64,000 bases of DNA, taken from an uncultured Candidatus Saccharibacteria bacterium. GTDB lineage: Bacteria > Patescibacteriota > Minisyncoccia > Phycocordibacterales > UBA2100. The first letter of the stretch is position 1. Each line of letters opens with the position of its first letter. A program made the position numbers and the translations under genes. The stretch spans positions 67,727 to 131,726 of the forward strand of contig CAYNRJ010000001.1 of NCBI GenBank assembly GCA_964399865.1. Reading direction: 5' to 3'. The notes below the pieces were generated by a model. The model saw only the letters and a program-made list of their open reading frames with translations, did no database searches and had not been told where the DNA came from. This document shows, in pieces, positions 25,947 to 36,111 of the stretch.

Positions 25947-28900
25947 ATACGCCTCGATACTCACTCCAGGTTTTCGCTATCATTCCACCTGCTTTAAGTT
26001 CGTGTAGAGCTGTAATGAAGCCCTCAGCTAATTGGCGGTTCGATATGAGTGGAATATTCATGTCTATTGCCTTACGACGGATCACAAAGCCATCGGTATT
26101 TTCTTGTCCAAATGCGTGTGTAGGGATGTTAATTATGAGATCCACTTTTCCATTCTCGATGAGAGATTGAACCCCCGGCTCCTTATTGGTACTTATCTTG
26201 TAGACTTTTTCGCATGGAATATTGTTCCCCTGCAGAAAATCTGCAGTTGTTTCGGTTGCCCACAAATCGAATCCCATTTCTTTAAGTAGATGCATCGACG
26301 GGAGAAGCTTCAATTTGTTCTCCTCCTTTCCGAGGGACACGAGAATGTTCTTCTTTGGAAGCCTGAAGCCAGCCGCCATCATTGATTTGATCAGCGCCTC
26401 GCCGTATGAGTCGCCAAAGCATGCTACTTCACCCGTAGAGGCCATTTCGACGAACGAGCGAGGGTCTACGCCCTTAATGCGGCTGTATGAGAACTGTGGA
26501 GATTTTACTGCCACATAATCGAGCTCAAGTGTTTGATAGTGCTGTTTATTCTTTTCGCCGAGCATTGCGCGTACCGCGATGTCTATGAAATTGTGTCCCG
26601 TTACCTTGGACACGAATGGGAATGAGCGTGAAGAGCGCACATTACATTCGATCACTTGGAGATGGTTATCCTTTGCGATGAACTGGATATTGAATGGCCC
26701 CGTGATCTTTAGTTCCTTGATGACGTCCTTTGTGATGTGCTTGGCACGGCGAATCGTCTCAAGGTACGTGCGCTGCGGTGGGAGAACGACCGTAGCATCA
26801 CCTGAATGCGTGCCTGCGTTCTCAACGTGCTCTGTTATTGCGTATATGACTAGCTTTCCATTCTGCGCTACGCCGTCAATCTCAATCTCGCGCGCATTCT
26901 CAATGAATTTCGATATGACAACAGGGTGGTCGGGGGAGACATCGGTCGCTTTTTTCAGGAATTTGAGAAGCGACTCTTCGTCAAGCGCGACTTTCATCGC
27001 CGATCCTGAGAGCACGTACGAAGGCCGGATGAGAACTGGATATCCAAACCCTGCAGCAGTTTTTGCGGCCTCGTCCATTGTCTTTAGTTCTGCCCACATT
27101 GGCTGATCGACGCCCAGTTTGTCGAGGAGCTTTGAGAATGTATGTCTATCCTCAGCGCGATCTATATCCCGCGGATCAGTTCCAAGAATTTTTGCACCAT
27201 TTTTCTTAAGTGGAAGCGCGAGGTTATTTGGGATTTGACCACCGGTCGAGACAACGACGCCCTTTGGTTTTTCGAAATCAATAATGTCGAGTACTCGTTC
27301 GAGCGTAAGTTCCTCAAAGTAGAGACGATCGGACATGTCATAGTCAGTCGATACAGTTTCAGGATTCGAGTTGATCATGATGGTCCTGTAACCAGCTGTA
27401 CCCATTGTCTTAAGGACCTGGACTGAAGACCAATCGAACTCAACTGAAGAGCCAATGCAGTATGGACCGCTTCCAATCACCGCTACGCTTTTATTGTCGC
27501 GTGCTACGTCATTTTCAGTGCCATGATAGGAGAGATAGAGGTAGTTAGTTTGCGCTGGGAATTCACCCGCGAGCGTATCGATCTGTTTTATAACAGGAAG
27601 TACCTTAAGCTTCTTACGTATGGTGCGAATTTTATCTTCAGTTGTGCCGCTAATCGTGGCGAGTTGCTTATCAGAGAAACCATACTGCTTGGCCTGTCGT
27701 ATAAGAGTTGCATCAAATTTTTGAGAGGCCAGTGTCTTCTCGAGCGAAATTATATTTTTCATCTTCTCGAGAAACCATGGGGTGATATGAGACATTCCGT
27801 GGATCTCTTCGACCGATACTCCTGCGCGAAGCGCTTCAGCAAGTGCGAAAATTCGGCGCGGTGTCGGATTTTCTATCTCCTTTCGATAATCCGCCATCCC
27901 AAAGTTGCCGTTTTTCTGTGCCGTAAATCCGTCAGCGCCGATGTTGAGCATGCGGATCGCTTTTTGGAGAACTTCTTCAAATGAACGTCCTATCGCCATC
28001 ACTTCGCCAACGCTCTTCATTTCTGTACCAATAGTTTCGGTAACATTTTCAAATTTCGTAAGGTCCCAACGTGGCATCTTGAGAACAAGGTAATCGAGTG
28101 CCGGCTCGAAGCAGGCGATTGTTGTTTTTGTAACTGAGTTTTTCAATTCTGGCAGCGTATAACCGAGTGCGAGTTTTGCGGCTACGAACGCTAGTGGATA
28201 TCCAGTCGCCTTTGAGGCAAGTGCCGATGATCGTGAGAGTCGAGCATTGACTTCGATCACTCGATAATCGCCCGTTTGAGGATTAAGCGCATATTGAATG
28301 TTGCACTCGCCAACAATGCCGAGGTGACGGATTGTCTTTATTGCCACTTCGCGAAGGCGATGATACTCCTCGTTCGTTAATGTTTGAGAGGGAGCAACGA
28401 CGATAGACTCACCCGTGTGGATTCCCATTGGATCGATGTTTTCCATGTTGCATACCGTGATGCAGTTGTCTGCACGATCACGCACAACTTCGTACTCAAC
28501 TTCTTTCCATCCGCCTAAATATTCCTCCACTAGAACTTGTGACACAGAACGAAAGACCTCGGTAAGCTTCTTTGAAAGAGCCTCTGGATTTCGAACGACG
28601 CCGGATCCTTCTCCGCCAAGTGCGAATCCAGACCGCACCATAACAGGGTAGGAGATCTTCTCGGCCGCCTGCAGCGCTTCTTCAACACTCTTCGTCGCAA
28701 TGCTTCGTGCAGTTTTTACATTGATCTCATTCAATCTATCTACGAACAGTTCGCGATCTTCTGTGTCACGAATCGCGGAGACCGGCGTCCCGAGGACGCG
28801 CGCACTGTACTTCTTAAAAACCCCATTCTTCTCGAGTGCAAGGCCAAGATTCAGTGCTGTTTGTCCGCCGAAAGAGAGCAGGATCGCATCAGGTCGCTCC

Positions 28901-29133
28901 TTTTCGATTACTTTAATAGCGAATTCCTCCGTAAGAGGTAAAAAATAGACAGTATCTGCCAATTTCTCATCAGTTTGCACAGTCGCGATGTTTGGATTCA
29001 TCAAAACGACACGGACCCCCTCTTCCTTAAGTGCCTTGATCGCCTGTGAGCCTGAGTAATCGAATTCTCCAGCCTGACCGATCTTGAGGCCGCCGCTTCC
29101 GAACAAAAGCACTTTTTTAGGTTTCTTTTCCAT
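25945..29133 (-). CDS. carB: carbamoyl-phosphate synthase large subunit
   Basis: Two ATP-grasp halves, oligomerisation domain and MGS-like C-terminus; 1062 aa. Confidence 0.95.
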   Translation of the reverse strand: MEKKPKKVLLFGSGGLKIGQAGEFDYSGSQAIKALKEEGVRVVLMNPNIATVQTDEKLADTVYFLPLTEEFAIKVIEKERPDAILLSFGGQTALNLGLALEKNGVFKKYSARVLGTPVSAIRDTEDRELFVDRLNEINVKTARSIATKSVEEALQAAEKISYPVMVRSGFALGGEGSGVVRNPEALSKKLTEVFRSVSQVLVEEYLGGWKEVEYEVVRDRADNCITVCNMENIDPMGIHTGESIVVAPSQTLTNEEYHRLREVAIKTIRHLGIVGECNIQYALNPQTGDYRVIEVNARLSRSSALASKATGYPLAFVAAKLALGYTLPELKNSVTKTTIACFEPALDYLVLKMPRWDLTKFENVTETIGTEMKSVGEVMAIGRSFEEVLQKAIRMLNIGADGFTAQKNGNFGMADYRKEIENPTPRRIFALAEALRAGVSVEEIHGMSHITPWFLEKMKNIISLEKTLASQKFDATLIRQAKQYGFSDKQLATISGTTEDKIRTIRKKLKVLPVIKQIDTLAGEFPAQTNYLYLSYHGTENDVARDNKSVAVIGSGPYCIGSSVEFDWSSVQVLKTMGTAGYRTIMINSNPETVSTDYDMSDRLYFEELTLERVLDIIDFEKPKGVVVSTGGQIPNNLALPLKKNGAKILGTDPRDIDRAEDRHTFSKLLDKLGVDQPMWAELKTMDEAAKTAAGFGYPVLIRPSYVLSGSAMKVALDEESLLKFLKKATDVSPDHPVVISKFIENAREIEIDGVAQNGKLVIYAITEHVENAGTHSGDATVVLPPQRTYLETIRRAKHITKDVIKELKITGPFNIQFIAKDNHLQVIECNVRSSRSFPFVSKVTGHNFIDIAVRAMLGEKNKQHYQTLELDYVAVKSPQFSYSRIKGVDPRSFVEMASTGEVACFGDSYGEALIKSMMAAGFRLPKKNILVSLGKEENKLKLLPSMHLLKEMGFDLWATETTADFLQGNNIPCEKVYKISTNKEPGVQSLIENGKVDLIINIPTHAFGQENTDGFVIRRKAIDMNIPLISNRQLAEGFITALHELKAGGMIAKTWSEYRGV

Positions 29134-29134
29134 A

Positions 29135-30169
29135 TTATTTCTTCAATGAGTTAAGAAACTCCTCGAATATCCAGGTTGTGTCAGTCGGTCCAGGGGTTGC
29201 TTCTGGATGGAACTGCACTGATCTCCATGGCTTTGTTTTATGCCGTATACCCTCATTTGAGCCGTCGTTTGCGTTCGTGAACCACTCTTCCCATCCAGGT
29301 GGAAGAGTTTTTGCGTCAACGGCGTATCCATGGTTCTGAGATGTGATGTAGCAGCGACCGGTTTTACTTTCTATGCACGGTTGATTTTGTGAACGGTGTC
29401 CATACTTCAGTTTTTTTGTGCGCGCTCCGACCGCAAGAGCCAGAAGTTGATTCCCAAGACAAATTCCAAGTATTGGTTTACCAGTTTTCAATGTTTTCTT
29501 TATGTTTGCTATCGTTTCCGTGCACTGAGTCGGATCTCCTGGTCCGTTTCCGAGTAGAACCGCGTCATATTTTTCGTTCGAGAAGTCGTAATTCCATGGA
29601 ACTCGGATAACTGTAGTTTCTGGGCGTACCAAACTGCGGATTATGTTCTCCTTCATTCCGCAATCTACAGCAATGATGCGTATCTGACCGTTCCCGTACT
29701 CCTTTTTTTTAGTAGGTGAGACTTTAGCAACGAGATTCTCCTTGTTTGGGTCGACAAATTTTCCTCCAGCACCCGATTCAACGAGTTGTCCAAGCATGAC
29801 ACCTTGTTCGCGCAGACGTTTGGTGAGAGCGCGTGCATCCACGCCGGTAATTGCAGGTACGCCGGATTCCTTTAGCCAATTGCCTAGGGATTTTATAGCG
29901 CCACTGTGAGAGTAATGTTCAGAATATTCGGAAACAACGAGTCCTGCCACCTGAATCTTGTTTGACTCAAAAAATCTTGCGTCTGGCACGCCGTAGTTAC
30001 CCACGAGAGGGTAGGTGCACACAAGAATCTGTCCTGCGAATGACGGATCAGTAAGACTTTCAACGTATCCAACCATTCCTGTGCCGAAAACCACTTCACC
30101 CGTTGCATTTACCGGCGCGCCGAAGCTTTTTCCCTCTACTTTTGTACCGTCTTTGAGAATTAATTTCAT
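29135..30169 (-). CDS. carA: carbamoyl-phosphate synthase small subunit (glutamine amidotransferase)
   Basis: CPSase small N-domain plus class I GATase catalytic triad region (GICLGNQLL). Confidence 0.92.
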   Translation of the reverse strand: MKLILKDGTKVEGKSFGAPVNATGEVVFGTGMVGYVESLTDPSFAGQILVCTYPLVGNYGVPDARFFESNKIQVAGLVVSEYSEHYSHSGAIKSLGNWLKESGVPAITGVDARALTKRLREQGVMLGQLVESGAGGKFVDPNKENLVAKVSPTKKKEYGNGQIRIIAVDCGMKENIIRSLVRPETTVIRVPWNYDFSNEKYDAVLLGNGPGDPTQCTETIANIKKTLKTGKPILGICLGNQLLALAVGARTKKLKYGHRSQNQPCIESKTGRCYITSQNHGYAVDAKTLPPGWEEWFTNANDGSNEGIRHKTKPWRSVQFHPEATPGPTDTTWIFEEFLNSLKK

Positions 30170-30204
30170 ATTCGTGTAGACCCTGCTTCGCTAAAGCTTC
30201 GAAG

Positions 30205-30334
30205 GGTAAGAAAAAACCCGCTAACGGCGGGTGAAAGTGACGAGTATAAAAATACACCCGGGCGGGTGTTCTTCTGATTACGCTTTCGGAGGGACATTAA
30301 AAATAAAGTATAGCGGTTTTAGAACTTCTGTCAA
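30205..30334 (-). promoter_or_regulatory. carAB promoter plus leader with two tandem hairpin-U-tract units (candidate transcription attenuator)
   Basis: - strand TTGACA-16-TATACT at 30334-30307. Leader hairpins ACACCCGCCCGGGUGU+AUUUUUAUA and ACCCGCCGUUAGCGGGU+UUUUUUCUU. The 3' arm of hairpin 2 (CGGGUG) can alternatively pair with the 5' arm of hairpin 1 (CACCCG). Confidence 0.45.
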
Positions 30335-30340
30335 GTTTCT

Positions 30341-31591
30341 GTGGATAATTGTATACTCGGAAACATGATTCGTGAGGAATTGAAACAATACGATCTTCCT
30401 GACAGCCCCGGCGTCTACCTATTTAAGGGTGGGCGAAAGATTTTGTATATCGGAAAAGCAGCGTCTCTTCGTGATCGTGTGCGCAGTTATTTTGCATCCG
30501 ACCTTGCAGATACACGGAGTCCTGCTGTTGCGGGAATGGTAGAGAAGGCCACATCGCTTTCATGGCAAGAAGCTGGTTCAGTTCTTGAGGCACTGATCCT
30601 AGAAGCAAACCTTATAAAGAAGCATCAGCCACCATACAACACCGACGAAAAGGATAATAAGAGTTTTAACTACGTCGTAATTACAAAAGAAGACTTTCCG
30701 CGTGTTCTTCTCATTCGCGGACGCGAACTTGCTCAAGGATGGAGTGATGGAGACATCAAACACTTGTTTGGACCATATCCCCACGGAGGGCAACTTAGGG
30801 AAGCGCTGAAAATGATACGGCGGATATTCCCATTTAGAGATACATGCGACCCGATCACCGGAAAACCATGTTTTAACAGACAGATCGGACTTTGTCCGGG
30901 AGTTTGTTCAGGAGAAATGAGCAAAACAGAGTATGCGAAGACGATCCGAAACCTTAAAGAGCTGCTTTCCGGAAATTTTAAGGGTCTGAAGCGTCAGCTT
31001 GCTCGCGACATGAAATATGCCTCGGAAAATGAAGATTTCGAAGCTGCTTCGGAGCTCAGAAGGCAAGTGGGAGCGCTTGAACACATACGAGACGTATCGC
31101 TCATTAAAGATGAGAAGAGAATTGCATTCGGGGGACCCTCCACTCTTCGCAGCTCTCGAATCGAAGCGTATGACGTGGCTCACACTGCCGGCTCTGAGAC
31201 TGTTGCAGTCATGACGGTCGTAGAAGACGGCGAAGCCTCGAAAAACGAATACAGGAAGTTTAAGATCCGTTCAGTTAAAAATGACGATGTAGCGGCACTC
31301 AAGGAGGCTCTCTCGAGGCGCCTTAATCACCCTGAGTGGCCTCTTCCTCGTATATTTGTAGTTGACGGCGGAAAAGGGCAGGTGCGAGCCGCAGAAGGTA
31401 TTCTCGAGGGCGCTGGCGTTGTTATTCCGGTTGTTGGTGTAGTGAAAAATGAATTTCACAAACCGGAACGCCTAATCGGAGATCAAAAACTGATCGAGGT
31501 CCACGAGAAAGATATCGTTCTCGCGAATTCCGAGGCTCATAGGTACGGGATCGGTTGGCATCGAACGAGATTGCGCCGGGCGATGATATAA
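30341..31591 (+). CDS. uvrC: excinuclease ABC subunit C, short form lacking the C-terminal HhH domain
   Basis: GIY-YIG (GVYLFKG...ILYIGKA), UvrB-interacting UVR domain, and RNase H-like endonuclease domain with VVDGGKGQV. Only ~416 aa. Confidence 0.8.
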   Translation: MDNCILGNMIREELKQYDLPDSPGVYLFKGGRKILYIGKAASLRDRVRSYFASDLADTRSPAVAGMVEKATSLSWQEAGSVLEALILEANLIKKHQPPYNTDEKDNKSFNYVVITKEDFPRVLLIRGRELAQGWSDGDIKHLFGPYPHGGQLREALKMIRRIFPFRDTCDPITGKPCFNRQIGLCPGVCSGEMSKTEYAKTIRNLKELLSGNFKGLKRQLARDMKYASENEDFEAASELRRQVGALEHIRDVSLIKDEKRIAFGGPSTLRSSRIEAYDVAHTAGSETVAVMTVVEDGEASKNEYRKFKIRSVKNDDVAALKEALSRRLNHPEWPLPRIFVVDGGKGQVRAAEGILEGAGVVIPVVGVVKNEFHKPERLIGDQKLIEVHEKDIVLANSEAHRYGIGWHRTRLRRAMI

Positions 31592-31598
31592 TCTTGGG

Positions 31599-32567
31599 AT
31601 GGCACGTACGACTGTTGGCGTACTCCGCGGTGGAACTTCGAGCGAATACAATCTCTCGCTCAAAACTGGTGCGAGAATGCTCTCTGAATTGCCTGAAGAG
31701 AAATACGATACACGGGATATTTTCATAGATAAGAGTGGAACGTGGCATTTACGCGGTGTTCCTACAGATCCAGGCCGCGCCCTCTCTCAAATAGATGTCG
31801 TGTTGAACGCACTCCATGGCGGATCCGGTGAAGACGGCACTGTGCAAAGAATTCTCCATCGTTTTGGTATACCGTATGCTGGTTCAACACCGCATGCGTC
31901 TGCTGTTTCTCACAATAAGGTGCTGGCGCGTGATGCCATGCGCAAGGCGGGTATTCGCATTCCGCGTGGAGTGGCATTTTCTGTGAACGATGATCTCAAT
32001 ACTGCGGAAATGGCGCGTGCTGTGCATGCGCAGTTTGCCCCACCGTATGTCGTAAAGCCTCCACAGGAAGGTTCTGGATATGGTATTCGCATTGCCCCAA
32101 CAGTAATTGAGCTTGCGCATGTGATCGGGGACATTCTCGATGCGTACGGTGCCGCTCTGGTTGAAGAATTCATGATAGGTGAGCAGGCGACCGCGTTTAT
32201 TCTAGAAGGATATCGTAAGGAAGACCTCTACGCCTTTCCCCCAGTTCACACAATCCTTCCTGAGGGTGAAAAATGGATACACTCACGTATCCATGAAGAG
32301 AATCTCGCGCGTCATATCGCGCCAAGTAACTTCACCTTTGAAGATAAGCAGGCGATTGCAGAGTTAGCTCGTCAGGTTCACAAGGCGCTCCAGCTGTCAC
32401 ATTTTTCGGTTGTTGGACTTATCCTGACATCCCGGGGGCCATTCGTTATTGAGGTCGATTTGGTGCCACCTTTACACCATTCATCGCCACTCCATGCGGC
32501 CTTGGAGTCAGTCGGCTCCTCGGTACGAGAATTCCTTGAGCACGCTATTTATCTTGCGAGAAGGTGA
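31599..32567 (+). CDS. ddl: D-alanine--D-alanine ligase
   Basis: N-terminal VGVLRGGTSSEY and ATP-grasp domain; 322 aa. Confidence 0.85.
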   Translation: MARTTVGVLRGGTSSEYNLSLKTGARMLSELPEEKYDTRDIFIDKSGTWHLRGVPTDPGRALSQIDVVLNALHGGSGEDGTVQRILHRFGIPYAGSTPHASAVSHNKVLARDAMRKAGIRIPRGVAFSVNDDLNTAEMARAVHAQFAPPYVVKPPQEGSGYGIRIAPTVIELAHVIGDILDAYGAALVEEFMIGEQATAFILEGYRKEDLYAFPPVHTILPEGEKWIHSRIHEENLARHIAPSNFTFEDKQAIAELARQVHKALQLSHFSVVGLILTSRGPFVIEVDLVPPLHHSSPLHAALESVGSSVREFLEHAIYLARR

Positions 32568-32591
32568 GAAAATGCTAGATTTCTAGCTACA

Positions 32592-32663
32592 GGGCCAGTA
32601 GTTCAGTGGTAGAACGTCTCATTTGCAATGAGAAAGTCGGGGGTTCGATTCCTCTCTGGTCCA
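32592..32663 (+). tRNA. tRNA-Ala (anticodon UGC)
   Basis: Cloverleaf: acceptor GGGCCAG/CTGGTCC with the G3:U70 Ala identity pair. D-arm GTTC-AGTGGTA-GAAC. Anticodon stem TCTCA/TGAGA with loop TTTGCAA. T-loop GGTTCGATT. No encoded CCA. Confidence 0.7.
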
Positions 32664-32672
32664 CACATTTAT

Positions 32673-33884
32673 ATGTTCACTCAAAACAACGTAAAGGCAC
32701 TGACTATAGATCTCAAGAAAGACGGCTGGGATAAAAGCCGTGGCTTTATTTTACGAGAAGTTCCTATGCCGATATTGGATGAAAAAAATAATCCAGACGA
32801 CGCTCTTTCCGTCATTTTGAAGATTAAATACGCAGGTGTATGCGGCTCCGATCGAGGGCTTTGGTATCGTCGCGCATTCAAGGACATGGTGCATGAATCA
32901 CTGAAGAAGGAGGGGAAAAGCATGCGTATCACTGGGCATGAATTCGTGGGAGAAGTAGTCCAAGTCGGCTCAATGGTATCGCGCTTGTATCACGACCCTG
33001 ACGAGAAGAATCCCGTGAAGATTGAAAAGGGAAGCCTCGTTTCTGGGGACTCGCATGTGACTTGCGGCAGATGCTACCAGTGTCGTATCGGAGAAGAACA
33101 TGTCTGCATGAACGAAGCAATTCTTGGAATTTCAATAGACGGAATCTTCTCTGAATATGTAAAAGTGCCTGCGAGAAACCTTTGGGCAGTAGACGAAAGA
33201 CGAATCCGCCCTGAAATCGCTGCAATTCTTGATCCGTTTGGTAATGCCGTGCATGCGACCACTGTTACCGATTTCCGTGGACAGCGTGTCGCGGTCTTTG
33301 GAGCAGGAGCGATCGGCATGTTTGCAATTCTTCTCTTACAGAGATTCGGCGCAGCAAAAATTATTGCGATAGATGTCAACGACGCGAATCTGAAAATTGC
33401 GAAAGAGCTTGGGGCACACGAGACAATTTTGGTTAAGAAATCGAATAAGAAGAATGAATGGGATGTTGATCAAGAGGCAGTGGATAAGATAATGGAGCTT
33501 ACGTACGGCAAAGGAGTGGATGTTTCTATGGAAATGGCAGGTGCTCCTGCTTCTTTCAATAACTGTGTTCAGGCAACTCGTCGCGGTGGCCATGTCGTAG
33601 CATTTGGTATTAAGGACGGAGATATGACTATTCCTAATTTCTCTCGCATGATAGTCGTACGCGGCCTCACCATTCACGGCATTATCGGACGTGAAATATT
33701 CAAGACATGGCAAATCGCACAACGCATGCTTTCAGATAAGACCAATGGCATCCAAGACAAGATTTGGAATGTAATTTTAAAGGGCGGTAAGGGAACGGTC
33801 CTCGATTTCAAGAAATTTTCTCCCGAAACATTCGAAAAGGCTATGGACGGAAATCCTAAAATAATGTTCAAAATTAACGGCTAA
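32673..33884 (+). CDS. tdh: L-threonine 3-dehydrogenase (zinc-dependent MDR family)
   Basis: GHEFVGEV catalytic-zinc motif, structural-zinc Cys cluster CGRCYQC, GAGAIG NAD-binding motif; start set at MFTQ so it does not overlap the tRNA. Confidence 0.8.
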   Translation: MFTQNNVKALTIDLKKDGWDKSRGFILREVPMPILDEKNNPDDALSVILKIKYAGVCGSDRGLWYRRAFKDMVHESLKKEGKSMRITGHEFVGEVVQVGSMVSRLYHDPDEKNPVKIEKGSLVSGDSHVTCGRCYQCRIGEEHVCMNEAILGISIDGIFSEYVKVPARNLWAVDERRIRPEIAAILDPFGNAVHATTVTDFRGQRVAVFGAGAIGMFAILLLQRFGAAKIIAIDVNDANLKIAKELGAHETILVKKSNKKNEWDVDQEAVDKIMELTYGKGVDVSMEMAGAPASFNNCVQATRRGGHVVAFGIKDGDMTIPNFSRMIVVRGLTIHGIIGREIFKTWQIAQRMLSDKTNGIQDKIWNVILKGGKGTVLDFKKFSPETFEKAMDGNPKIMFKING

Positions 33885-33890
33885 GCCGCT

Positions 33891-35075
33891 ATGTATAAAA
33901 GCTTAAAACCAATTCTAGAGCAGGAATTAGCGGCAGCGAAGGAGAATGGAACCTACAAGACCGAGCGAGTTTTAGAGTCGGCACAGGGTCGTGAGATAAC
34001 TGTTGGCGGTAAAAAGTATCTCAATTTTTGTGCAAATAACTATCTTGGTTTCTCCGGCACTGAATTAATGGAGAAAGCTTCCGAAGAGGCAGTAAAGAAA
34101 TGGGGCTATGGACTCGCGTCAGTTCGATTCATTTGTGGGACGCAAACGATTCATAAGGATCTTGAAAAATCTGTCGCATCACTTGTTGGGACGGAAGACG
34201 CGGTGATCTACTCGTCATGCTTTATGGCGAACGTGGGACTGTTCCAAACGTTCTTTGGCGAGCAAGACGCAATCATAAGTGATGAACTCAACCACGCCTC
34301 AATTATTGATGCGGTTCGTCTTACTAAATCCGAACGCCACGTCTTTAAGCACATGGATATGGCGGATTTGGAGGAGAAATTGAAGGCAACAGCTGGAAAA
34401 AGGTTGCGCATAATCGCAACCGACGGTGTTTTCAGTATGGACGGTGACATTGCTCCGCTTAAGGCGATCTGTGACTTAGCGGACAAATATGAAGCACTTG
34501 TAATGGTGGATGATGCACACGCAGTCGGTGTCATGGGTAAGAATGGCGGCGGAACGCCTGAGGAATGCGGTGTTCAAGACCGAGTGGATTTCGTTACAGG
34601 GACATTCGGGAAGGCGCTCGGCGGCGCTGGCGGCGCGTTTACTGCAACTCATAAGGAAGCAGCGGATTATCTTCGCAATCGATCTCGTTCCTATCTATTC
34701 TCAAACTCACTTGATACCGCAGTCACAGGCGCATCACTTTTCCTCATCGACTACCTCAAGTCGCATCCAGAATATAGAGAAAGATTGTGGAGCAACGTGA
34801 AGTTGTTCCGTGCGAAAATGAAAGAAAATGGTTTCTCGGTGTCTGATGCGCAGCATCCAATAACTCCAATTATGCTCGGCGACGAGAAGAAGGCGCTTGA
34901 GATGGCAAAGGCACTCTTCGATGTCGGAATTTATGTTATCGGGTTCGCGTTTCCAGTTGTGCCGAAGGGGAAGGCACGTATCCGTGTCCAAGTTTCCGCG
35001 GCGCACACGCCAGAAGATATCGAGACAGCTGTCGAGAAATTCACTGAAGTTGGGAAAAAATTCGGCGTGATCTAG
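33891..35075 (+). CDS. kbl: 2-amino-3-ketobutyrate CoA ligase (glycine C-acetyltransferase)
   Basis: PLP-dependent alpha-oxoamine synthase fold; forms the classic tdh-kbl pair. Confidence 0.9.
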   Translation: MYKSLKPILEQELAAAKENGTYKTERVLESAQGREITVGGKKYLNFCANNYLGFSGTELMEKASEEAVKKWGYGLASVRFICGTQTIHKDLEKSVASLVGTEDAVIYSSCFMANVGLFQTFFGEQDAIISDELNHASIIDAVRLTKSERHVFKHMDMADLEEKLKATAGKRLRIIATDGVFSMDGDIAPLKAICDLADKYEALVMVDDAHAVGVMGKNGGGTPEECGVQDRVDFVTGTFGKALGGAGGAFTATHKEAADYLRNRSRSYLFSNSLDTAVTGASLFLIDYLKSHPEYRERLWSNVKLFRAKMKENGFSVSDAQHPITPIMLGDEKKALEMAKALFDVGIYVIGFAFPVVPKGKARIRVQVSAAHTPEDIETAVEKFTEVGKKFGVI

Positions 35076-36106
35076 TAGGGGCGCTGTTTCTCCATCTCCT
35101 CGGAATACTTTCCCTGAGCAGCGAGGGAGTTCATCTTTGAGCGGAAGAGGAACGCTTCTTGTGCCTCGCCGACATTACCTTTGATGTCCTTTGACCAGAT
35201 GTTGAGGACCGGATTTTGAATGGCGCGGGCATAGGAGAATGAAAGCGGCCACGGAAGCTTTCCCTGACCCATTTGCACCATTTTGTTGAGGTGTGCTGTT
35301 GATTGCTCATCGCCTTGGCCACCAGAGAGGAACACGACGCCGGCTAGATTTGGTGGAACTTCTTCCTTAAGTACGCGAAGTGTCTGATCAGCAACTTCGT
35401 CCACTGAGGACTGTTTCGCAGCTTTCTTTCCCGCGATCACCATACTCGTCTTTAAAATCACCCCTTCAAGAGCAACATGTTGTCGCTCGAGCTCCTCGAA
35501 AAGCTCCTCGTGGGTTTCCTCCGTTACCTCAAAACATCTCTCAATCGAATGATCGCCGTCAATGAGTACTTCAGGTTCTACCATTGGAACGATGTCAGCC
35601 TCCTGACAAAGAGCTGCGTAGCGAGCGAGCGCATGCGCATTCGAGTGAATGCACGCCTCAGTCGGCATGTCCTTTCCGATGGTGATGACTGCACGCCATT
35701 TAGCGAATTTCGCACCGAGCGCACTGTATTCAGCAAGACGATCACGAAGGCCATCTAATCCCTCAGTGATCTTTTCTCCAGGGTGAAGCGCCATATCCTT
35801 TGCGCCTGTGTCCACCTTAATTCCAGGGAGAATACCTTTGGATGCAAGATATGCGGGAATGGAAGTGCCGTCGTCTAATTTCTGACGAAGTGTCTCATCG
35901 TACAGAATCACACCACTTATGTACTGTTCTATACCAGGCGAGGTGAGCATTGTCTGACGGTATAAGCGGCGATTCTCCTCGTTGCATTCCACGCCCACGG
36001 ACTCAAATCGTTTCTGACATGTTGAAGCGCTTTCATCAGCGGCAAGAACTCCTTTTCCCGGGGCAACCATTTTCTTCGCAGTGTCTTTAAGTAAATTTAT
36101 ATCCAT
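35072..36106 (-). CDS. fba: fructose-bisphosphate aldolase, class I
   Basis: GKGVLAADESASTCQKRF motif characteristic of class I (Schiff-base) FBA; 344 aa. Confidence 0.85.
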   Translation of the reverse strand: MDINLLKDTAKKMVAPGKGVLAADESASTCQKRFESVGVECNEENRRLYRQTMLTSPGIEQYISGVILYDETLRQKLDDGTSIPAYLASKGILPGIKVDTGAKDMALHPGEKITEGLDGLRDRLAEYSALGAKFAKWRAVITIGKDMPTEACIHSNAHALARYAALCQEADIVPMVEPEVLIDGDHSIERCFEVTEETHEELFEELERQHVALEGVILKTSMVIAGKKAAKQSSVDEVADQTLRVLKEEVPPNLAGVVFLSGGQGDEQSTAHLNKMVQMGQGKLPWPLSFSYARAIQNPVLNIWSKDIKGNVGEAQEAFLFRSKMNSLAAQGKYSEEMEKQRPY

Positions 36107-36111
36107 ACGAT

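Noticed and set aside
26032-28948. Series of 60-175-aa ORFs antisense to carB
   Set aside because: Lie within an unambiguous 1062-aa CarB reading frame. Typical spurious antisense ORFs.
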